Positions 23,801-35,800 of a stretch of DNA of 64,000 nucleotides are shown in pieces (the first letter of the stretch is position 1; each line of letters begins with the position of its first letter). The DNA comes from Rhynchobatus australiae (Eukaryota). A model generated the notes under the pieces. It was not told where the DNA came from and made no database searches. It worked only from the letters and a program-made list of their open reading frames with translations. The position numbers and the translations under genes were made by a program. The stretch lies in assembly GCA_034780895.1 (NCBI GenBank), contig JAUZTB010000069.1, positions 10,178,619 to 10,242,618 on the forward strand, in the 5' to 3' direction.

Positions 23801-26800
23801 CTCATCTCTTTGCAATTCTCTTTTGCTTTGCAGGATATTCCCAATACACTATGGGCAAAGCTGATCCTAGAACGGCTGTCAAAAACGGACTGCATCAAAC
23901 GGGTAGGAATCGCTCCTGTAGGAATAGTCAAAGAGCAATTACACAGCATGCACACGTACTTGGTATTCAGCAGTGGAATGAGTAGGGGATTGGTTCAGGC
24001 AGTGGCTGATTGCTCTGTTGAACAGCAGTGGGGGAGTTTGAAAGTTTATTAAGAGGATAAAGTGCAGGATGAGTGTGTGCATATGCTAATCTGATAGTTG
24101 AATGTTGATCAAAGACTAAACACAGAATCCAACTGATTGCCTGGAGCAGTATTCAGGGCTGGGATGGGCCATGTCACCCAGTAACCAGACAAAATAGTCA
24201 AATAGAAGCTATACAAGTCAGTTTCTGTTTAGTGAGAAAGCTTTGCAGTACAATTTTATTTAATATATGTACTTAATTGGTAGAATATACATTACAATAC
24301 CAAAATATGCAAAAGAACACTCGTTTTAACAGTAACAAGAGTATTTAATAATATTAATAAAGATTAAAATGTTTCTTTATGTGTGGACTCATTAGCTCTA
24401 AGTGAAGTTTTAGATCTCTATATGAACNNNNNNNNNNNNNNNNNNNNNNNNNNNNNNNNNNNNNNNNNNNNNNNNNNNNNNNNNNNNNNNNNNNNNNNNN
24501 NNNNNNNNNNNNNNNNNNNNNNNNNNNTCACTTTCAGTTAGTTAACTTCAATATGAATTCTGTACTGAGTTTCTGTTTGTTACCTCATATATGGATGTCC
24601 TTAAATATTTGTTACATCCTCGTGATGACATTCAAACTGTGATCCTCACTTAGGATGGAATTTAATCCAGACAGTGCAAAGTAATGCACCTTAGGAGGTC
24701 AAATTCTGTTAGGACATATAATGTAAATGGCAGTGGCCTTAGGAACATTGAGACCTTGGGCTGCAAGTCCATAGATTCCTGGAAGTGGCAACGCAAGCAG
24801 CTAGGGTAGAGAAAAAGGCACTTGATATGCTTGCCTTCATAGGCCGAGGCACTGAGTTTAAGAGTTGGGACATCATGTTGCAGCTGTACAAAACGTCGAT
24901 TAGACCACACTTGTTATGTAGCGTTCTGGCTGCCACACTACAGAAAGGATGTGGTACCAATAGTGTGCAAAAGAGGTTCACCAGGGTGTTGCCTTGAAAG
25001 GAGGGCTGTAGTTAAATGGAGAGATTGAATAGGCTGGGTTTATTCCCACTGAAACATAGGAGGCTGAGGGGTGACCTTACAGAGATTTACAGAATTATGA
25101 GGGGCGTGGATAGTTAGTCTTCTTTCCAGGGCAGGGGAATCTAGAACCAGAGGGCACAGGTTTAAGGGAAGAGGGGAGAAGATCTAATGGGTAAGTTTTT
25201 CATACAGTGGTGGTGAACATTTAGAAATAGCTGCCAGAGCAGGTAGTTGAGGTACAGAAAATTACAATGTTTAAAAGGCATTTGGACAGATAATTGGATA
25301 GGAAAGGAGAAGAGGGATATGGGTCTAATCCTGGCAAATGGGATTAGGGTAGATAGTCCACCCTGTCAAGATTCCTCAGGATCTTAATATAGTTCAACCA
25401 AGTCTGCTCTCACTCTTCTAAACTCGAGTAAATACAAGTCTAGCCTGTCCAATCTTTCCTCATGAGACATCCCACCCATTCCAGGTATTATCCACTAAGT
25501 TCTATCTGAACTGTTTCCAGTGCATNNNNNNNNNNNNNNNNNNNNNNNNNATTGAAATTCTGTACTGCGTATCAGTGGGAATAAACCCAGCCTATCCAGT
25601 CTCTCCATTTAACTACAGCTCTCCTTTCCAGACAACACCCTGGTGAATCTCTTTTTAAAGAACAATATTGTACAATTGTACTCCATATCTGGTCTCATCA
25701 ATGCCTTGTACAGCTGAAGCATAACCTCATTACCATTTGTACAAGTATACAGAAATAATATTCTGTTTGCTTATCCAATTATTTGCCGTATCTGCATTCT
25801 AGCTTTTTAAGCTGTATACCAGGACACTTTGAAGCTCTAAAATCTCTCACTATTTAGATGATACACTTACTTTGTTTAATTTCTTCACATTTTCTCACAT
25901 TATACTCTGCCCAGATCGTTACCCATTTAATTAACCTTTCTCTATCCCCTTGCAACCTCCTTATTCCCTCTTCGCAACTTGATTTCCTCCTACCTTTTTG
26001 TCATCACCAAATTTAGTAACCCTACCATCAGTTTCTTCATCCAAGTCATTTATATAAATCATAAAGAGTTAAAGTCAGAGCACCAATCCCACTGGCACCT
26101 GACCCATTATATCTTGCCAACCAGACAAGGACCCATTTTTGCCTACTGTTTCCTGTTAGCCAGGCAATCTCCAATTCATGCCTATAAATAACCTCCTACA
26201 TTATGAGCTTTTATTTTTCACAATAACCTTTGATGTGGCAGCTTATCAAATACCTTCCGGAAATCTAAGTATCGTACATCCACTGGTTCTGCTTTATCCA
26301 CATTAGAAGTTACTTCAAAGAATTCCAATAAATTGGTCAAACATGATTTCCCTTTCACATAACCATGTTAACTTTGTCTGATTACTTTGCATTACCACTT
26401 TCCCACCCACCCACCTTGACAGTTCTTACCATCTCAATATGCATCTGAATCAATGATCTCCATACTTCCAGGGTCTCAGCTGTCTGTGGAACTGTGCCAA
26501 GCTAACATAATAAACAAATGAGGCAATTTCCCATGGTTGTGCAACTGGCCTCTAATAGATTGTGTACTGATTTGGACTTGAATCAATTCCTTGTCCAGTT
26601 TGTTTAAAGGTGTGTAAACTAACATGCAGTTTGGTTCTGGCTTCAGCTGTTCTAAAAATATATTCAGTATTATTGGTCTTGTACTCCCCTTGGCTTTATT
26701 GTCAGCACTGTTTGGGTCTAGCTGTTACAAAGTTTGGGGGAAAAATGTCCAGCTTATTATTTTGCTGGTGAGATATTGTTGTTGTGGTTGGATAATGCAA

Positions 26801-29800
26801 AGTTCTGCAAGTCACAAACAAGCAATTGAAAACCACAGACTCAAAAATCACATGCATTTGCTGCATGTGGTGTTATAGTGTAGTGTTAGTGGATGATGGA
26901 TTCCCTCCTTTGCATTTACATTACAGTTGAAACGCAACACCAGAAGTGGAAATCCTGGGTTCTAGGTTCTTAGTTTCTGTTCTGTTTAGAAATTGAGCAG
27001 AACTAGCAACATAATTCACATGTGCCTCCTGTGTATTAGGAGCGTTTCTAACATTTTATGGTGAATTCTGATTCAGCCTGATGCCTTTTATTAGTCAGGG
27101 CAGTTGGTTTAATTTCTCTACATAAAGTTAATACGCACTATTATTAAATCTATAGTTCACAAAACTATATCTGTTAAGTGTTCAGTAGAGAGCATGGCCA
27201 CTGACAAATATTGACTAAGTTCTGTTGAATATCCAGTGGGGTTAAGCTCCAGCTAGCACTCATGACCCTGCGACGTGAAGAAGTCAAAAGGTTAGACCTA
27301 CTGCCTCAATTGCCTTTTTTCTCTTCCACAGCAGACTATACTACGGCTGCTATAATTATACCTATTTAAATGAAAAGTGTGCTTTGTCTCTCCCAGTTAT
27401 CTAGCCCTAGTTATTTCTATCTCCCCTTTTATGCTTCTTATCAATCTTGTTTCTGATTAATTCCCTATGGATGTATTAATTATATCTTGGCAATCATTTA
27501 TTAGATGTATTAGTGCAAATTCTGTGGTCTCTGCTGATTTTGATCAATTCCCTGTTGCTAATTTGACCATATTCTTTCAGCATGCGGTCTGAAGGTGTGA
27601 GCTCTTTCAGTCTTAACGTCTTTTCAGTTTGTCGCCCATTTGTGGCTACAAGATTCTAACTTGTTGAACATGAAAATCACAAGTTATTTTCTGTCCTTCC
27701 AGCAGGCCAGACCTAAGAGAGGTGGTAGTCTAGTGAGTCCAGAGGACTAGCCCTGTGAAATCTCAATATTGTGTCTAGACTTCAAGAAGTCCCTTCACAT
27801 CAGGTCAAATGCAGGCAAGGAAATCTCCAGCTGATAATGATCTGCTATTCTTCAGCTCGTGACCTAGTACTACATGTATAACAGCAGGTGGGAGAAGCAT
27901 AAAGAGTAGCATAGGGTCAGAATATACTCTGGATGGGGACTTCAGTCTGTTACCAAGATTGCCCTGGTATCTCTACCAATGATTGGCTAGCCAAAACCTG
28001 ATCAATGTAGCTGCCATATTGGGTTTGCAGCAGTCAGTGGGTGAACCAAAAAGAGGAATAGATCTATTTAAAATAAAAACGGAAAATGCAGCATATTTGA
28101 CAGCTTCTGTGGGGAGATCAAAACAGAGTTAATGTTTCAGGTCAGGATTAGGAAAACAGGAATAGAACATATTTTAAGTTGCAGAGAAAGGGGAGAGATT
28201 TCTAGCACCTGCAATTTTTTGCTTTTTGAATACCTACTTGATATTGTCTTTACCAATCTACCATTATTAATATATCTGTTTACAAATGGTATAACCATCA
28301 AACAGTTCCTATGAAGATTAAGTCCCACCTTCACCCTGGGAACACCTTCCATCATGATGTGTAACATCACAAGTTTGCAAAATGTTAAGCTACATATTAC
28401 GATTACATCCAACAATTCAAAATTAGGCACACATGATGCACTGTGGGCCATCAACAACAACAAAATTGTGCTCTACAACCTCATGGTGTGGCACTTGTTT
28501 CACTTTACCATTATCAAACTATGCAACCAACTCTGATCTACCTAAAAATAAACTGCCAACTGGGCAAAACCACAATGCAAGATTATACGCTAGCTAAGCA
28601 GAAGCATTGTGCATTAGAGAGAATTAAGGAATCCAGCAATTACCAGATCAAATCAAAACTATTCATTCATAAATGGTGTTGGATGATGAAACAGCTAATG
28701 GTGATCCCCGGAAAATCCCCATTCTCAACGATGCTGGAGCACAGCACGTCAGTGTAGGAGACAAGGCACTTACAACTATTTTCAACAGTTAACGCACTGA
28801 AGATTTGTTATGATCTACTCCTGAGGTGGTAACAATTGGAGAAACCATTCTTCAGCCAGTTTGATTCACTCATAAAATTATAAGACGCATAAATATTGTG
28901 CAGATAGAATCTTTTTCCCATGGAAGGGGGTGGCAAAAACAAGAAGGCATAGGTTTAAAGTGAGAGGAAGGAGTTTGGGTTTAAGGTGAGAGAAAGGAGT
29001 TTTAAAGGAGATTTGAGGTGACTTTTTTTACATAGGGTAGATGATCTCTCATGGTGATATATCTGATTCCACCACCTCCTGCAGCAATGAGCTGTTGGAG
29101 GAAGTGGTGGAATCAAATGCAATCTCCAAGCTCAAGAGACATTTAGACTGGCTCTTTAATAGGCAAGGCATAGAAGGATATGGACCTAAGTGGGAAAATT
29201 GGATTGGTGTAGATGGGCAAAAAGGTTAGCATGGATGTTGGAACTGAAGGGTCTGTTTCTGTGCTGTACAGCTCTTTGACTCAATGTGATGTTATGAAAT
29301 GCAGAGATTGGTTATGGGATCCAACATGCTGAAGAGTTGTACTTGAACTAATTGCACTAAATAAGTTATTTCAGTATAGCTACATTATCATCAACCAGAC
29401 TGAGTAATATTGTCCAGGCATGTCTTGCCTACAGAAGTAGCTCAAATCTAATCCAGGTAATTACCATTACAGCAGCAATGATGGTAGGTGTTGTCTAATG
29501 CAGCATCAAATGACCCTTGCTCACATTTTACAACAAATCGCTGTTCAGTTTCCACCAAGACCACTTAACTGCAAAATTTGTTACAGCCTTAGTTCAAACA
29601 CAAGCTGATTCTAGTGGTGAGATGCAGCTATTTCCAGTGGTGACTACACTAGACACCAAGGTAACACTTAACCAAATTTAGCATCAAGGAGTCTTAGTAA
29701 TACTCAGCACTAGTTGTTGTCATATATTAATACAAAGGAAGATGTGTGTGGTAGTTGTTGATCATTGCAGCCCTAGGATATTAGTACAGGAGTTGCTCAA

Positions 29801-32800
29801 GACATTGGCTTAGGCCAAGCCACCTTCAATTACTTACCATGGGCGTAAATTCAGTAAGGAGATTGGGCTTGGAAAGTAATATCTGCACAGCACATGTACC
29901 AGACAATGACCATTTCCAACAACAGATGGTTTTAATACCTTCCATTAGCACCAATTATCAACATCTTGGAGATCACCAATGACTATAGACTTAACAAAAG
30001 TTATGTAGGTAATATAGTTATTACAAGAATTGGTCATATGTTTTTACATTAATCCTATTCTAACCCATTTTATTCTCCCCACATTTCCCCCATCAACTGA
30101 GCCCCTCCCCCAGCCTCAAGAGTCTACCACAGCTGTCATATGTGCTGTCTTAGGCAGGGCTGAGTATGCTGTGTTAAGTTATCCCAAAGTTTTTCCTATT
30201 GTCTGTAAGGCATATCAGGATATAATTGAATTCCTTCCACTTGCCTGGATGAGTGTAGTTTAAATAGTATGTAAGAAGTTACCGGGATAAACGACACACA
30301 TAGTTGACAGCTCATTTACCAGTCCAAACCTNNNNNNNNNNNNNNNNNNNNNNNNNNNNNNNNNNNNNNNNNNNNNNNNNNNNNNNNNNNNNNNNNNNNN
30401 NNNNNNNNNNNNNNNNNNNNNNNNNNNNNNNNNNNNNNNNNNNNNNNNNNNNNNNNNNNNNNNNNNNNNNNNNNNNNNNNNNNNNNNNNNNNNNNNNNNN
30501 NNNNNNNNNNNNNNNNNNNNNNNNNNNNNNNNNNNNNNNNNNNNNNNNNNNNNNNNNNNNNNNNNNNNNNNNNNNNNNNNNNNNNNNNNNNNNNNNNNNN
30601 NNNNNNNNNNNNNNNNNNNNNNNNNNNNNNNNNNNNNNNNNNNNNNNNNNNNNNNNNNNNNNNNNNNNNNNNNNNNNNNNNNNNNNNNNNNNNNNNNNNN
30701 NNNNNNNNNNNNNNNNNNNNNNNNNNNNNNNNNNNNNNNNNNNNNNNGTTGATGGAATTTGTTCCAAGGAAGTTGTAACAGGGCAATTAGAAAATGATCG
30801 TGGATCGAAGTGAGCACTCTGAGACCCAGCACCTCTGCGGGGAGCCATGGCTTGTTATTCATTCATCCCTCTGCACGTCACCATCCAAAGTTGCAAGTTT
30901 AACCCAAGTTGAAACTCCGATGCCAGCGCAGCCAATCTCCCTCCTCCGGGCTCTGAATCAAGTCAGGGCACCGTATAGAGTCCGGGCACTAGATGTTGAG
31001 AGAGTCTGGCCGCATCTCGCATCAGAGCCCTCATCTTTGTTCAGGACGATTGGAGTATAGGTGGCAAGTAAGGTTAACATCACTCCAGACAGAGGGAAGT
31101 GCGTGTCCACGAGGATTCTCTCAAACTTCCACAGATGAGCTGTAGAAAATGTGCGGACGGGTCACATCTCCGCCTGGTGTGGTAACTGCTCTGCTCTGGA
31201 CTGACAGAACCCACAGAGAGCGGTAACCACTGCCCAGTCCTTCACAGGCTCCTCACCTTTCTACCTTCTGGGAGAAGATACAGGAGCTTGAAAGCCCAGA
31301 CTCAAGAACAGCTTCTTTCCCACTGCTGTCAGAATCCTGAACCAGTCACGTCCCTCCCATCCCCTTCCCCACGGTGCTGCCACATTCCTGGACTCTTAAA
31401 TCTGCTTCTCAGTTATTCCATTATTGTCACTTCAGCATTTCTTTCAGCACCACCTCAGACCGCACAACAGTCTTTGCATCTTTCTGCTGTTTTGCTCTCA
31501 TTGTATTTATTGTTGCATTTATTAATATCATGTATGCTGTTTACTCTGTGAGCTTTGTGCAAGGAAAGAATTTGATTGCACCCTGGTGTATGTGATGATA
31601 AACTAATCATGTTGTACTTTTTATTTTAATGAGAGGAGAAACCATCTTGAGGAGAATCAATGGGGAAGATCTTGAAAGGCTGTTTCCTTCGGAGGGGAGG
31701 CGGTGGGTGGGAGAGAGAGAGTAAAGAACTGGGAGACGGTCTCAAGGCAAGGGGACACCCTTCTAAAACTGAGATGAGGGGCGGGGGGAGAAGAGAGTTG
31801 AAAAATCCTTGCTCTTTTCTGCTCTGGAAGGTCGTGGATGTTCTCTCGTTAACTACGTGCAGGGTTGAAGTCAATTGATTCTTTAACTCAAAAGCAGTGA
31901 AAGCAGATGTGGATTGAATGGGGAAGTGAACAGTGCAGACCTGTGCAGTGCACAAGGCTACACCTAATTCTAATGTCCTAAGGGAAAGGGTGGGGGGAAT
32001 AGTATGCTGTAAACTTGCATCACAGTAAGGCCTCTAGTGTTAAGTATCATGGCAGAGCTGTAAATTATTTCATGAACTGTGTGCTTCGTACGCAAAGCCT
32101 TGGCCCATAATATCTGCTCCTGTTGGACTTAATGCTGCATCACCAGTACCATTGCCTGCAATCAAATTAATTTTTATATATTACTTTCTCTTGTAACATT
32201 TTTATCCATTATCAATCAGCATAATGACGAGGATGGTTTTCTGCTTCTTGTACGAGTCACAGCTAGATTAGAAAATGGTGTTAAATCTGCCTGAATAATA
32301 TTAATTGCATTCAAATCACTTTGGCAGCTCATTTGCATTCCTTGTTTACAAATCGAAGGTTTTTTTTGCCACAATTGTAACTGAGTTTTCACGATTCAAT
32401 CAATATGGCAACTTTTTTTTATATCTACTTTAACATAAGAAATCTTTGCACTTCAGTAAATGCATATTTAGCAAATCATTAGCTCTTATTTGGCTGCCAT
32501 TTTTAACTTGACTCATTTCATTATGAGAGGATGTGGCAATATTGAAAGGGTTCTTGAGGCAATTCAACAGAACTTCAACCAATTTTAGATCTCATCCCAC
32601 AGATATGACTCCCCATGCCACTAAACACACACTGAAGGAGCAACATTTTGGGTTAGAACACCTTGTATTCTGCAGGCATGTGATGGAGTTTAGATCTGAA
32701 AGGGAAAAGGGAGTGTAATTAAAAAAAATAATTATAGAAATACAAATGACGTTAGAAGAACAGCGAGAAGCTTAAAATACATTAAGTTGTCAGCATGAAC

Positions 32801-35800
32801 ATATGAATAAGAGCAGGGACAAGATAATCAATTGATTAGAAAAGGAGATCATAGTAAATGTGATTTTGCAATTGTAGATAAATTACAACATTAAGGTGTC
32901 ACATAATATATTAAGGAATAAGGTCAGAGCATGCAAAGTCAGGGGACGAATAAAAAAATGGATAACTGATTGGTTTCAATTCAGAAAGCGGGGAGTTTGA
33001 ATAAAACTTAAATATTCAGAGAAATGGAAGTGGAAAGTAGGATCCCACAAGGGCACATGCTAGGACCCTATTATAAATTCTCAAGTGCAATTAGGAATAG
33101 TCAATAAATGCTGGCCTTCCTCGCTGTGACGTTATCTCATGAATGAACAAAAAGGGAGTGGCAATAATATACTTAGCTGATAATAATGTATTCAAGCTCC
33201 AGCTGAGAAAGATAGTGTACAAACTTAGGATAGTAGTTTGACGATAAATGGTCAAGAGAGGATTTTAAGGAGGCAGGATATGATGGCCTATAATTTAAAA
33301 GAGGTGTGAAACATGTATGTGGTGTTGAGTTAGCAGTTTGAAGANNNNNNNNNNNNNNNNNNNNNNNNNNNNNNNNNNNNNNNNNNNNNNNNNNNNNNNN
33401 NNNNNNNNNNNNNNNNNNNNNNNNNNNNNNNNNNNNNNNNNNNNTGAGTTAGCAGTTTGAAGATATTATGCTATCTACATTGCGTTGATCTAGATGAATC
33501 ATTCGGACATGCAATCACAGCACCAGTTTTCAGGGCTTTTCAAATTTGGTCCACTGAGTTCAGGACCTTTGCAGGATTTCAGCACATAACTGACTGACAC
33601 TTCAATGCAATGTGATAGAATGCTGCCTTCTTCGATGAGCTTAATGCAAAACCCTTTTGCTTTATCAGGCAAACGAAAAGCACAATGTTTGTCTTACCCA
33701 GTATTTATCCCTACCCAACACAGCCATACTGATCAGCTGGTCATTTACCTCATTGGTTGTAGGAAATTGCAGTTTTCTTATATATCAACATTTTGAAGGT
33801 AATTCTTTAGCTGAAAATCTGTTTAGATCCTGAAGATGAAAGCACAATGTAAACACCAACTTGCATGTTTATAGGGCCTCCAATGCAATGACATGAACCA
33901 ATGTGCTGATTATAAATGTTAATCCTTTCTTTAGATTTTGTGACCTTAATCAAGCTGTTGCCTGAAGTGGATTTAAATTACTAGAATACAATTCTGATAT
34001 TTTGCAGTGTTTTTGGTGTACTGAGTGGTGAGGCTGTTCAGATGTTAAACTAATTCATTAACCTGTTTTAGTTTTAACTTTGAAGAATGACATTGTATTG
34101 AACCAAACAAATGAATGTGGCTAAATGTTCCAATTATAAAACTATCCAACTACTTTTAGCTGCTTTGACTTTATTCTATTAAAGATGAGAGTTCCTGAAA
34201 TGTATCCCCCCCCCAATTGAGAAACTGAATGGTAGTTTTTTTTATTAGCTGCAGTCAATTTTGTTTATTTTTAATACAACAATACAGAGTAATAGCTCAA
34301 AGGTAATGGCAATCCATTTTCTTTAATGCTCAGGCGCATCCTATAATAGATCTTTTAAATTTTAATTTTTAACTTCTCACCCTTGTTATCTAATCCCTCC
34401 ATGGCCTCTCATCTCCCTATCGTTTTATTTCCTCCAGTCCTGTAACCTTCTGTGATCTTGGTACTTCTCTGGACTCCTTATTATCCCTGAATTTAATTGC
34501 TCCACTATTGATAGCTATCCCTTCAGCTGCCAAGGCTCTAAGCACTGAACTTCCCTAACTAATCCTTTATGCATCTCCACTTTCTTCCCTTAAGATGCCT
34601 TTAAAACTTACTTCTAACTATCTTTGGTCAGATTTCTTTGTGGTTCTTAGTCAAATTTGCTAATAGTCTTGTGGAATGCGTAGAATTCTTATACTACATT
34701 AATGGTGCTATATAAATACAACTTGTTATTGTGAAAAAAATCTGAGGAACTGGATTTCCTTTTATTTTTGGTGTGCTATACTTGTATGGCATCTAGTGCT
34801 AATACCTAATCAGATCCCTTCCAAAGGTAGTGGTTGGTGAGAAAGACATATGGGTGGATTATACCTAAAAATGTACTAAAACATGACTTGTACACTTCCT
34901 CAGTTTAGGGCAGCAGGAAGCATTTTGCTTTGCATCAGTGACAGAAAGACATCCACTCTTAAAGGTTCACTCTCTCTGCCCGCTAGGCAGCAGTAATTGA
35001 CCCATGGAAGAAAGAAGCTGCAAGAGAGTTCCATAATGCAGTCAGGAGACTCATCAAAGTTAACTGTAGAAGAGCCTGTCTGGAGGTGACTGGGTTGATG
35101 GTCATCTGGGAGTGAGAATCTCCAAATCATAAGACTATCCAACTACTTTTAGCTGTTTTGTCTTTATTCCTTTAAATATGAGAATTCCTGAAGACTTTAT
35201 TTCCCTCACAATAGAGAAACTGAATGGTAGTTATTTTTCATGACCTTGTTAGATATGGGAAGGTGAGCCCTAGAATACAAACACAAGCAGGATCACTGGT
35301 CTGGTAGCCAGAGCTCTGAACCATTGGTCCAAAGATATCAGTTTGAACCCCAGCACAGAGGCTGGAAACTTAAATTCAAGAACACAATTAAGTAAGCCTA
35401 AAATTTAAAAAAGGAAATTAGTCTCGTTAACAGTGGCCATGAAACTATTGAATTTCATAAAAAACATCGGGGTCACCTATGTCCTTCAGGTAAGGAAATC
35501 TGCCATCCTTACACTGTCTGGTATCCACGCAACTCCAGACTTGCCAATATGGTTGACTCTTAATTCCCAGTGCAGAGCATTTCCTCTTCTTTTGTATGAC
35601 TTTAGGATCAGAAACTGACATCACAGTTTCAATTTCAGGTCCACTAATTAGTTTAATGTCCTGCCCGAGAGCAAATATAACTCCAAGATATCATCAAGGA
35701 CAGGATGAAATTATATGCCCCATGGTTTGATTGGCATTTCCACCATTGCAACCAAGTGAAGTTTAAATGTTTCGACACAGGCTAAAGCCTGGTTTTTGAG

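Noticed and set aside
30748-31100. Minus-strand NNKPW motif suggesting a 5' inversion of the adjacent Rex1-like element
   Set aside because: Only one short motif supports it, the surrounding translation does not look like Rex1, and a gap hides the left boundary.
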